The position numbers and the translations under genes were made by a program. From the IMG/VR virus record IMGVR_UViG_3300048578_000058, positions 1-31,102 of that record: a stretch of DNA of 31,102 nt; one strand, given 5' to 3'. Shown here piece by piece: positions 16,598-24,902 of the stretch. Source of the stretch: a virus (lineage: Duplodnaviria > Caudoviricetes). Numbering within the stretch: position 1 is the stretch's first letter; every line of letters begins with the position of its first letter. Under the pieces are notes generated by a model. It was not told where the DNA came from, searched no databases, and saw only the letters and a program-made list of their open reading frames with translations.

Positions 16598-17303
16598 GGT
16601 CATAGTCCCGTTCAGGGCCGGATGCGAGCACCGCGAGCGAGCCTTCGAGTGGGTGCGGGAACGGTATCCCTGGCCCGTCAGAGTGGGCGAGGGCGGAGAT
16701 CCGTGGATCAAGGCGGACGCCGTGCTTCCCGCGCTGCTCGAGAGCGCCGCTGAGATCGTGATCGTGGCCGACGCCGATGTCTGGTGCGACGGGCTGCCGG
16801 CCGCGGTCGAGGCGATCGAGGACGGGGCGCCCTGGGCGGTCCCGCACGCGACAGTCCACCGGCTCGACGAAGAAGGCTCGCGCCGTTACATGGCCGGAGA
16901 GAGCTTCGAAGGCCTCCCGCTGGACCGCCGCCCGTACCGCGGCGTGATGGGCGGCGGATACGTCGTGGCGCCGCGCGAGACCCTCCTCGAGGTGCCGCTC
17001 GACCCGCGGTTCGTCGGATGGGGCCAAGAGGACCTCAGCTGGGCGCTGGCGCTCACGACGCTCGCCGGCGGCCGCTGGCGCGGCAGGGCGCCGCTGGTCC
17101 ACCTGTGGCACCCGCCGCAGCAGAGGCTCTCGATGAAGATCGGCTCCAAGGCCGGCCGCGCGCTGTGGAAGCGCTACCAGGCCGCCGCGAACGACCCGGC
17201 CGCGATGCGTGACCTGATCGGAGAGATCGACCATGAGCGCTTCAACCTACATCGTCAGGCCGTGCACGATTCGCCGCCGCTCAGAGTCGGGGGTGACCGA
17301 TGA
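16578..17303 (+). CDS. Glycosyltransferase GT2 / GT7-C-like #6
   Basis: VIVPFR, VADADV, DPRFVGWGQED, HLWHP; paralogous to 15180-15857. Confidence 0.87.
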   Translation: MTRPRVEVIVPFRAGCEHRERAFEWVRERYPWPVRVGEGGDPWIKADAVLPALLESAAEIVIVADADVWCDGLPAAVEAIEDGAPWAVPHATVHRLDEEGSRRYMAGESFEGLPLDRRPYRGVMGGGYVVAPRETLLEVPLDPRFVGWGQEDLSWALALTTLAGGRWRGRAPLVHLWHPPQQRLSMKIGSKAGRALWKRYQAAANDPAAMRDLIGEIDHERFNLHRQAVHDSPPLRVGGDR

Positions 17304-17586
17304 CTACGGCATGGATATCCCGACCGTCTCCGAGGTCGAGACGGTCTGCGAGCTGCAGCAGCAGCGCCGCGACGAGCGCAGCGACAACGGCGAGGTCTCG
17401 TACGACACCTGGAACATCTTCCTGCTCGCCGGCGAGGAGATCGAGACCGGGGACTCGGTCGAAGTCGGCGGCGAGGTCTTCGAGCTGATCGGCGACCCCT
17501 GGCCGGTCTATAACCCGCGCACGGGCGAGATCTCGCACATCGAGGCGACGGCCCGCCGAACCGCCGGGAGCGAGGACGTCTCGTGA
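17233..17586 (+). CDS. Head-to-tail stopper / head closure protein
   Basis: RBS GGAG. DDYG, IETGDSVEVGGEVFELIGDP, HIEA motifs typical of SPP1 gp16-like proteins. Confidence 0.8.
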   Translation: MSASTYIVRPCTIRRRSESGVTDDYGMDIPTVSEVETVCELQQQRRDERSDNGEVSYDTWNIFLLAGEEIETGDSVEVGGEVFELIGDPWPVYNPRTGEISHIEATARRTAGSEDVS

Positions 17587-17984
17587 CCATCCCCTCGGCA
17601 GAAAACGTCGTCATCGGATACCTCAACGGCGAGCTCAGCACGCGCGTCCTTGCCGAGACCCCATCGAAGACGCAGGAGCCCTGGATTCGCGTCGGCCTGC
17701 TCGACGATCCGTCGGTCGAGGGGCCGCACATCGACCGGACGATCCGCGCGCTCATGCAGATCGACTGCTACGCGGGCCGCGATGCGCACGGCGCGATCAC
17801 GATCGCCGACCAGGACCGCAGGCTCGTGCGCGAGGCGCTCCGGGTGATGCCGCAGGCTGACGTCGCCGGCGCCGTGGTCTCAAGCACAAAGGTCCTCAAC
17901 AGCACTCGCATCCCCGATCAGTCATTCGAGCCGGCGATGCAGCGGTACGCGATGACGGTCGAGATCGTGATGCGTGCGGCATGA
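17583..17984 (+). CDS. Tail terminator protein
   Basis: AENVVIGYL, PWIRV, MQIDCYA, PD..RY pattern typical of actinophage tail terminators. Confidence 0.72.
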   Translation: MTIPSAENVVIGYLNGELSTRVLAETPSKTQEPWIRVGLLDDPSVEGPHIDRTIRALMQIDCYAGRDAHGAITIADQDRRLVREALRVMPQADVAGAVVSSTKVLNSTRIPDQSFEPAMQRYAMTVEIVMRAA

Positions 17985-18283
17985 GGTTCCGGGCCAACCC
18001 GCAGCTCGAGGCGATCGTCGGCCGCCAGCCCGAGGTCAGGCATCAGCTCAAGGACGCCGGCGAGCAGGTCAAGCGCGTCGCGATCGGCGTCGCCCCGCGA
18101 GGCCTCACCGACGACTACGTCCACTCGATCGACGTCGTGGAGATCGCCGGCCGCGTCTTCGTGAGGACGAACGACTTCGCCGGTCACATGGTGGAGTTCG
18201 GATCAGTGAATAACGAAGCTTACGCCCCGATCCGTCGAGGCGTCAGGGCCGCAGGTCTGCGGCTGAAAGAAACCAGCAAGTAA
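17981..18283 (+). CDS. HK97 gp10-like neck/tail completion protein
   Basis: AP..T..Y..SI and HMVEFGS...AYAPIRR motifs. Confidence 0.75.
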   Translation: MRFRANPQLEAIVGRQPEVRHQLKDAGEQVKRVAIGVAPRGLTDDYVHSIDVVEIAGRVFVRTNDFAGHMVEFGSVNNEAYAPIRRGVRAAGLRLKETSK

Positions 18284-18295
18284 AGGAGGGGCGGC

Positions 18296-18868
18296 ATGCC
18301 CTGGAACGATCCCACCGAGATCCCGATCGGGTCAGACGGGCAGGTGTACGTCGCGGACGCCGGAACGGCGCTGCCGGCGGCGTACAACTCGTCCCTCGAC
18401 CCGTCCGACTGGAAGGGGCTCGGCTTTCTGTCCGAGGACGGATTCTCGACGAACATCGGCAAGGAAGTCGCCGAGATCATGGCCTGGCAGTCGCAGGAGG
18501 CCGTGCGGCGCGAGGTCACGAAGCGCTCCCTGCGCTTCACGCTGCAGCTCATGCAGTGGAACGAGGACACGATCGTCACCGCCCTGGGCGGCGGCGAGGT
18601 GACCTCGGCCGGCGGGGGCTACAAGTACGTGCCCCCGGGCCCGTCCGACGCGCTCGCGGAGATCGCGGTCGTGATCGACGCGGTCGACGGAGACAACGTC
18701 TTCCGCTGGTGCGCCCCGCGCGTCACCGTCGCGGACGACGTGGAGTCCACGTGGAAGCGCGGTGAGGCGGCGCTGCTGCCGATCACGCTCGACGCGCTGA
18801 TCCCGGAGGACGGCGGCGACGTCTGGCAGCTGCTCTCCAACGCGGACGGCTTCGCCACGGGCTCCTGA
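18296..18868 (+). CDS. Major tail (tube) protein
   Basis: RBS AAAGGAGG. GQVYVADAGTALP, LGFLSEDG, AWQS..VR, FTLQLMQ motifs; upstream of the chaperone and tape measure. Confidence 0.9.
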   Translation: MPWNDPTEIPIGSDGQVYVADAGTALPAAYNSSLDPSDWKGLGFLSEDGFSTNIGKEVAEIMAWQSQEAVRREVTKRSLRFTLQLMQWNEDTIVTALGGGEVTSAGGGYKYVPPGPSDALAEIAVVIDAVDGDNVFRWCAPRVTVADDVESTWKRGEAALLPITLDALIPEDGGDVWQLLSNADGFATGS

Positions 18869-19182
18869 TGGCGGCCGCGAAGAAGACTGGCAGGGCGGGG
18901 GCTTCGGCCTCCGCCAAGCCCGTCATCACGTTCAGGAAGCGCCGCATCCAGGCGATCGTCAACAAGCTGCCCGGCACGTTCTCGATGGACCTCGTCGACC
19001 TGCAGGCCGGCGACCTCGAGGCGCTCCGGCGAATCGTCGTCAGCACGACCGGCGAGGCGGGCTGGAAGGCCGCGCGCGAGGCGCTCGCGACCGGGCCCGC
19101 GTCCAAGGACGGTGGCCAGAGCGAGCTGCTCGACCTGGTCGAGAAGATCGTCGGCGCTCTCGGAGGCTCGCTGGAAAAATAG
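18868..19182 (+). CDS. Tail assembly chaperone (short, gpG-like form)
   Basis: Between tail tube and tape measure; ends in G GAA AAA TAG. Confidence 0.8.
   Translation: MAAAKKTGRAGASASAKPVITFRKRRIQAIVNKLPGTFSMDLVDLQAGDLEALRRIVVSTTGEAGWKAAREALATGPASKDGGQSELLDLVEKIVGALGGSLEK
19173..19179 (+). promoter_or_regulatory. Programmed -1 ribosomal frameshift site GGAAAAA
   Basis: Slippery heptamer immediately before the chaperone stop; the -1 frame is open from 19179 to 19550. Confidence 0.85.
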
Positions 19183-19550
19183 CCGGCCTCGGCCTCGCGC
19201 TCAGGGACCACTGGGACGAGATCGAGGCTGACTTCCAGCGCTTCTATGGCCTCGACCTGCGCGAGCAGGTCGAGAGGGAGGACTGCCGTCGCCTGTGGGT
19301 GCTGATCGAGCACCTGCCGCCCGAGAGCGCGCTCGCCCGCGGGGGCGACCCGTGGGAGCCGGTGATGCACCTGGTCGCGGACATCACCGAGACGGTCGAC
19401 AAGTGGGGCCGCGTCCACGCGATGCAGTGGGGCGACAAGCCCGAGGCCCTCGGAGAGGCCGTCTCGTACCCGCGCCACGGCCAGCCAGAGCCCGAACGGC
19501 GCAACAAAAGCGTGGCGGCCATGAGGGCGCTCATGCAACAGAAGGACTGA
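19179..19550 (+). CDS. Tail assembly chaperone, frameshifted C-terminal extension (gpGT-like)
   Basis: The -1 frame reads IAGLGLALRDHWDEIEADFQRFYGLDL...RRLWVLIEHLPPESAL, the conserved actinophage GT segment, and has no start codon of its own before that motif. Confidence 0.85.
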   Translation: MAGLGLALRDHWDEIEADFQRFYGLDLREQVEREDCRRLWVLIEHLPPESALARGGDPWEPVMHLVADITETVDKWGRVHAMQWGDKPEALGEAVSYPRHGQPEPERRNKSVAAMRALMQQKD

Positions 19551-19570
19551 ACTCTCGAGGGAGGTGATCA

Positions 19571-22500
19571 GTGGCACAAATCGGCACAGCATACGTCGAG
19601 GTGCGCCCTGACACCTCCCTTTTTGCGCGCCGTCTCGGGAGCCAGCTCAACCGTTCGAAGGCCGACTCCGCGATAGCGAAGTGGGGTAAGCGCGCAGCCG
19701 TGGGCCTCGGAGCGGGCCTGACGGTCGCTCTCGTGAAGGCGGGCAAGGCCGGCCTCAACTTCAACGCGAACATGGAGCAGAACACGGTCGCGTTCAAGCA
19801 CTTCCTCGGCTCCACGAAGGCGGCGACGAAGTACCTCGGCCAGCTCTACAAGCTCGCCGCCACGACGCCGTTCGAGTTCCAGGACGTCGCCGCGGCCTCA
19901 AAACAGCTTCTGGCGTTCGGCTTCACCTCCAAGGAGACGATCGCCAACCTCAAGAACATCGGCGACGCCGCGTCGGGCCTCGGAACGGGCACCGAGGGGA
20001 TCAATCGCATGGTGCTCGCGCTCGGCCAGATGAAGGTGGCCGGCGTCGTGCAGGGCGACGAGCTCCGGCAGTTCCAAGAGGCCGGGATCAACGTCTACAA
20101 ATACATGGAGAAGGCCGGTCTCATCACGAAGGATGACATCGGCCAGATCGGCCAGCTGCACATCGACTCGGCCAAGGCGATCAAGGCCATCATGGACGGG
20201 ATGCAGCGCGACTTCGGCGGCATGTCGAAGGCGCAGAGCAAGACCTGGGCCGGCCAGCTCTCCACGATGAAGGACTACGCCGCGCAGGCGTTCGGCGCGA
20301 TCACGAAGCCGCTGTTCGACATCGGCCGCACGAAGGTCTTCCCGAAGATCAACGCCGAGCTCCAGAAGATCAGCAAGTGGGCCGCCGACGGCGGCGTCGA
20401 GCGCGCGATCGACAACTGGAAGAAGAAGCTCAAGCCCTTCGGCGACTCCGTGCGGCGGATCGTCGGCGCGATCAAGGAGGGCTACGCCGGCCAGACGACC
20501 AACCTCGGCCCGTTCCAGAACCTGCCGACGCAGAACCGCGACATGTTCTCGAAGCTCTCGGGCGCGATCAAGGGCGGCATCACGCAGGCGATCACCGAGA
20601 TCGACCCGCAGATGCTCGCGACGAAGCTGCTCGAGGTCACGCTCAAGGTGATCAACACCGCGATGGACCCGGTGTTCATCGCCAAGCACATCGTCGACAT
20701 CCTCGCCGCCGCGCTCACGTTCTCCAAGGTCGGCTTCCTGCGCAAGATCCCGCTGCTCGGGCCGGCGCTCGGCAAGCTCGGCGACTTCATCTGGAACTTC
20801 GGCAAGGGCTTTATCCTCAAGGCCTTCGAGAAGCTGGGCGTCGGAGGCGTCAACGCCTTCACGAAGATCATCTCCAAGCTGCCGGCATCGGTCGGGGCCT
20901 GGATTCTCGACACGCTCGCGCGCATCCGCGGCCTCTACGGCAAGTTCGCGGCGGCCGGCGGCACTCTCGGCGAGAAGCTCGGGCGCGCGCTGTTCTCGGC
21001 GCTCGGCAGCGTCGGGCGCAACGCCTGGCGCCTCGCCAAGTGGATCGCCGACAAGCTCTGGGAGGGCTTCAAGTCGAAGTTCCCGCAGCTTTACAGCATC
21101 GGCCAGCAGCTGATCGGCAAAGCCCGCGACGGGATCGCCTCGCTCTGGAAGCGATTCTTCAGCGTCGGCGGCTGGCTCATCGACAAGCTCAAGGACGGCC
21201 TGCTCACCGGCATCAGGAACCTCGGTGACATCGGCGGAAAGATCGTCAACAAGATCAAGTCTGGCGTCGGCAAGGGGATCTCCATCCCGTTCAAGCTCTT
21301 CGGCGGCGGCGCCGGACTCGCGGTCGGCTCGCTCGGTCACGACAAGGGCAACTTCGGCGCCGTCAACCGCCTGGCGGCGCAATACGGCGACGTGATCACC
21401 TCCGGCTACCGCCCCGGTGACCCGGGCTGGCACGGCAAGAACCGCGCGCGCGACTACGCGGGCGGGAACATGATGGGATTCGCCAAGGCCGTCGCGGCCC
21501 GGTTCGGCGGGAGCCTGCTCGAGCTGATCCACACCCCGCTGGGATGGGGAATCAAGAACGGCCGCAAGGTGCCGCTCTCGTTCTGGGGGCCGGCGGTCAA
21601 CGCGGACCACTTCGACCACGTGCACGTCGCGCTCCGCGAGGGCGGAACTCGCGGCGGCCGCGGTCAGTCCGGCGTCGCGCCGAAAGTCGTCTGGGACGAG
21701 GGCAAGAAGCGCGAGTGGTGGATCAGCCAGGAGGGCGACAAGAAGAAGAACATCGGCTGGGCGATGGAGGCCCTGCAGTCGCTCACCGGCAACCGGTTGA
21801 AGATGTTCAGCAAGGGCGGCACCGTTCGAGGCAAGGTCTCGTGGTTCAACGACACCGAGACCTACTCGGGCATCGACGGAGGGGCCGCCCGTCACCGCGG
21901 CGTCGCGATCAACCCTCACCCCGGAACGGCCAGCTGGAGCAGCGCCACGATGCGGCGACTCGCGAAGTCGATGGCGCCGGTCGCGGTGTGGCTGCGCGGC
22001 AAGAAGTTTCTCACTCGGTTTCTCGACATCGGACCGCACCAGAGCACCGGCCGCGCGATCGACTTCTCCGTTCCGCTCATCCGCGCGATGGGGTGGTCGA
22101 CGAGCAACTTCCCGACCGACGCGATCGGAACGGCGAAGTGGGGCGCGGCGGCGACGAAGAGCGCGAAGAAAAAGAAGAAGAAGTCCAAGCGGCTGACGCT
22201 CGCCGAGATGCGCGACGCGGTCCTCAGCCGCTTCGCCGCACAGCTCGCCGACGCTGAGTCCAACGACGACGAGGAAGATCCCGCCACGTACGCAGACAAC
22301 GAGCGCGTGCTCAATCGCCGGATCACCTACGTCTCGAAGATCATCGAGAAGCTGCGCAAGAAGATCCGCGGGCTCACGCGCAAGCTCGAAAAGAAGCACC
22401 TCTCGAAGAAGGACAAGCGCACGTTCACGCTGCAGCGCAAGCAGGCCTACGACGACCTGGCCAATTACGTCGGCATGGTCAACAGCGACCGCAGCACGAT

Positions 22501-22915
22501 CGCCGGTTTCCACGGCAAGACGACGACGGCGGACACCGGGGACGACCAGACCGCGAGCCTGCTGAGGACCCTCCTGCAGAACTCGCAGGCCAACGAGCGC
22601 CTGCTGCGCGCGCAGATGCCGATCTTCAACCGCTTCGCCGGCATCCCGTACGCGGGCAAGTTCCACGACGGCGGCATGGTGCCCGGGCCGCGCAACCAGG
22701 AGAGCCTCGCGCTGGTGCGCGGCGGCGAATGGATCGGCGAGCCGGACCCGGTCTCTTCGACGGCCACGGTGATCCTCCACCCCGGCGCGATCGTCAACGA
22801 CACGATCGACGAGTCCAAGATCGAGGTCGTCTTCGACCGAAAGCTCCAGCAGGGCGTCAGGCGCGCCAAGAGCCGCGGCGCCACGATCGGCAGAAGGGCA
22901 GGGGTGCATGGCTAG
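19571..22915 (+). CDS. Tape measure protein with C-terminal putative peptidase and RlpA-like domains, 1114 aa
   Basis: RBS GGAGGT. MAQIGTAYVEVRP start, tape-measure N-terminal domain (AATTPFE...LGQM..G...GDELRQ), aromatic-spaced helical repeats, FHDGG-GE motif near the end. Confidence 0.95.
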   Translation: MAQIGTAYVEVRPDTSLFARRLGSQLNRSKADSAIAKWGKRAAVGLGAGLTVALVKAGKAGLNFNANMEQNTVAFKHFLGSTKAATKYLGQLYKLAATTPFEFQDVAAASKQLLAFGFTSKETIANLKNIGDAASGLGTGTEGINRMVLALGQMKVAGVVQGDELRQFQEAGINVYKYMEKAGLITKDDIGQIGQLHIDSAKAIKAIMDGMQRDFGGMSKAQSKTWAGQLSTMKDYAAQAFGAITKPLFDIGRTKVFPKINAELQKISKWAADGGVERAIDNWKKKLKPFGDSVRRIVGAIKEGYAGQTTNLGPFQNLPTQNRDMFSKLSGAIKGGITQAITEIDPQMLATKLLEVTLKVINTAMDPVFIAKHIVDILAAALTFSKVGFLRKIPLLGPALGKLGDFIWNFGKGFILKAFEKLGVGGVNAFTKIISKLPASVGAWILDTLARIRGLYGKFAAAGGTLGEKLGRALFSALGSVGRNAWRLAKWIADKLWEGFKSKFPQLYSIGQQLIGKARDGIASLWKRFFSVGGWLIDKLKDGLLTGIRNLGDIGGKIVNKIKSGVGKGISIPFKLFGGGAGLAVGSLGHDKGNFGAVNRLAAQYGDVITSGYRPGDPGWHGKNRARDYAGGNMMGFAKAVAARFGGSLLELIHTPLGWGIKNGRKVPLSFWGPAVNADHFDHVHVALREGGTRGGRGQSGVAPKVVWDEGKKREWWISQEGDKKKNIGWAMEALQSLTGNRLKMFSKGGTVRGKVSWFNDTETYSGIDGGAARHRGVAINPHPGTASWSSATMRRLAKSMAPVAVWLRGKKFLTRFLDIGPHQSTGRAIDFSVPLIRAMGWSTSNFPTDAIGTAKWGAAATKSAKKKKKKSKRLTLAEMRDAVLSRFAAQLADAESNDDEEDPATYADNERVLNRRITYVSKIIEKLRKKIRGLTRKLEKKHLSKKDKRTFTLQRKQAYDDLANYVGMVNSDRSTIAGFHGKTTTADTGDDQTASLLRTLLQNSQANERLLRAQMPIFNRFAGIPYAGKFHDGGMVPGPRNQESLALVRGGEWIGEPDPVSSTATVILHPGAIVNDTIDESKIEVVFDRKLQQGVRRAKSRGATIGRRAGVHG

Positions 22916-24902
22916 TTTCGTGATCTCAGACGGCACCCGCGAGCGCGAGCTCGTCTACGACGGCTCGGAGGGGATCTTCCTCACCGAGGCTCCCGTGCTG
23001 CCGCTGACGGCCAACGAGGTCACCTACGCCGAGACCGCCGACGGCGAGGGCCGCCGGCCGCTCAGGAAGCGCCCGCAGTCACCCACCGCATCCGCGAAGG
23101 TGGCGATCTCCGCCTACGACCCCGAGGTGCTCAGGGATCTCGCAGACGACCTGCAGGACCTGATCACCTCGATGGACCGCTCGGAGTCGGCGACGATCCG
23201 CTTCACGCTCGACGACGACGCGGACGCCGTCACCTACGACGTGACGGTCGCGAGCGTCACCGGCCTGCCGCTCGGGGAGACCATCGACTCCGGGCTGATC
23301 GAGAACGTGGACTTGCAGTTCGAGTGCGGTCCGTTCGGCCGCCTCGAGCCGGTGTCGATCTTCACGAACGAGACGTTCTCCGGTCCGGTGGACTCGGTCG
23401 AGATCTCCGGCGTCCCCGGCCACGTCGACGCCTGGGGCGCGCTCGAGCTCTCAGAGGCCTCCGGCGAGCAGCGCGGCTTCATCGAGGTCGGCCAGGCCGA
23501 CGACTACACGCTCAGCGAGAGCCTGCAGCTCGCGCTTCCCGACCTCTCGGTATCCGGCACGGGGGGCACATCCACGACGCGCTCGGGCTCCTACTCGGCC
23601 AACGTCGCCCGCGCGACCATCGCCACCGGGCCGACCGTGGTCGTCAAGAGCGATCGCCTGACCCACAAGGGCAAGAAGCGGATGCGCACCCGCGTCTACG
23701 CCTCCACCGAGTACGTGCAGGTGCGGCTCGCGTGGCGCGTTGGCGACTCCGCCTACAGCTACTCGCCCTGGCGGAGCGTGCCAGCGGCCTCCACGTGGCT
23801 TGAGGTTGTGCTCGACAACGTCAACATCCAGCCCCTGCCCGAGGGCACGCACTACTGGGACTTCCGCATCGAGGCCCGCACGACCACCGGGACGGCGACG
23901 ATCGACGTCGACACGTGCTCGGCGTTTCCGGCCGACCGGTACTGCGTGCTGCGGCAGATTGACGAGGGAGCTGGGATGATCGTCAGCGCCTACGACGATG
24001 GCACGCTCGGCTCGGGGGCACTAAATGGCGACTCCGCGAACATCGGGGGCAGCTATACGACCTCCGGGGGCACCGGTGACTTCTCGACTGACGGCTCGAA
24101 CCACCGGATACAGCGCACGCAGACCGCCGACTCAGCGGGAGCAGGGCGATTCGCACTGCTCCCCGTCAGTCACACGGACATCGACATCACCGTCGAGTTC
24201 GGTATCTCTGCTGGTGGCGCCACCGGGGCGATTCTCGGTTGCTGCATTCGATACGTCGATCCGAACAACTACGTGCTCGTGTATGCGAAGGCAGACTCGT
24301 TCACCTCTCCGCCGGGCGCGAGTGTCTGGGTCGGATACCTGGTCAAATGCGTCAGTGGGGTCAGATCGACCGTGGCGACCTTTGGCTTCGGAGTTCTAGC
24401 CACGCTTCCGAGCCTAAAGGCCCGCTGCGTGATCGACGAGTCTGGCGCGTACGCCTTGACCCCTACGGTAAATGGCGCCGTCGGGACCGAGGTGGTGGGC
24501 GTTGAATCTTCATTCGCGACCGGTGGTGCGCTTGAGAGCGGATCGGATCTCGGCTGGTACGACGAATACACCTCAGGCACGGCGTGCACTCGCTGGTACG
24601 ACAACCTGATCGCATCCACGACCGATGCCCCCTCGCCGGTCATCTACGACTCCGGCGCTCTCCTGCTGACGCACGAGGCCGCGCTCAGAGAGTCAGAGGA
24701 CGGCTACACCTACGGAAACATCGCCGGCTTCCGCGGCAAGCACTTGCTCATCCCGCCGGCGACGCTGAACGAGAAGAAGACGCTGATGGCCATCCGGGCC
24801 CGCCGGTTCAACATCGACGACGGCCTGATCGACTCCGGCCTCTCCGACTCGCTCACCGGAAACCTCGAGGTGACGCCGCGCGTCCTGCTGCTGCCACGAT
24901 GA
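22908..24902 (+). CDS. Distal tail (Dit-like) / minor tail protein, 664 aa
   Basis: First gene after the tape measure; LQFECGPFG motif and C-terminal LEVTPR typical of Dit; long beta-rich insertions. Confidence 0.7.
   Translation: MASFVISDGTRERELVYDGSEGIFLTEAPVLPLTANEVTYAETADGEGRRPLRKRPQSPTASAKVAISAYDPEVLRDLADDLQDLITSMDRSESATIRFTLDDDADAVTYDVTVASVTGLPLGETIDSGLIENVDLQFECGPFGRLEPVSIFTNETFSGPVDSVEISGVPGHVDAWGALELSEASGEQRGFIEVGQADDYTLSESLQLALPDLSVSGTGGTSTTRSGSYSANVARATIATGPTVVVKSDRLTHKGKKRMRTRVYASTEYVQVRLAWRVGDSAYSYSPWRSVPAASTWLEVVLDNVNIQPLPEGTHYWDFRIEARTTTGTATIDVDTCSAFPADRYCVLRQIDEGAGMIVSAYDDGTLGSGALNGDSANIGGSYTTSGGTGDFSTDGSNHRIQRTQTADSAGAGRFALLPVSHTDIDITVEFGISAGGATGAILGCCIRYVDPNNYVLVYAKADSFTSPPGASVWVGYLVKCVSGVRSTVATFGFGVLATLPSLKARCVIDESGAYALTPTVNGAVGTEVVGVESSFATGGALESGSDLGWYDEYTSGTACTRWYDNLIASTTDAPSPVIYDSGALLLTHEAALRESEDGYTYGNIAGFRGKHLLIPPATLNEKKTLMAIRARRFNIDDGLIDSGLSDSLTGNLEVTPRVLLLPR

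Noticed and set aside
12519-17303. Cassette as a Gtr-type serotype conversion or DNA hypermodification locus
   Set aside because: No multi-TM GtrA/GtrC-like proteins and no hydroxymethylase, kinase or polymerase nearby; position and coupling are within the virion operon. Not excluded experimentally, only disfavoured.
22160-22190. A-rich run encoding KKKKKK in the tape measure as a frameshift or phase-variation site
   Set aside because: It is mostly AAG codons, the frame stays open to a normal end overlapping the next gene, and no alternative-frame product is evident.
19898-22936. 1012-aa minus-strand ORF, and similar long antisense ORFs at 10228-12369, 6338-7858, 8239-9231 and 26917-28065
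   Set aside because: They mirror well-supported + strand genes. High GC3 coding leaves the antisense frame free of stops, and the products have no recognisable motifs.
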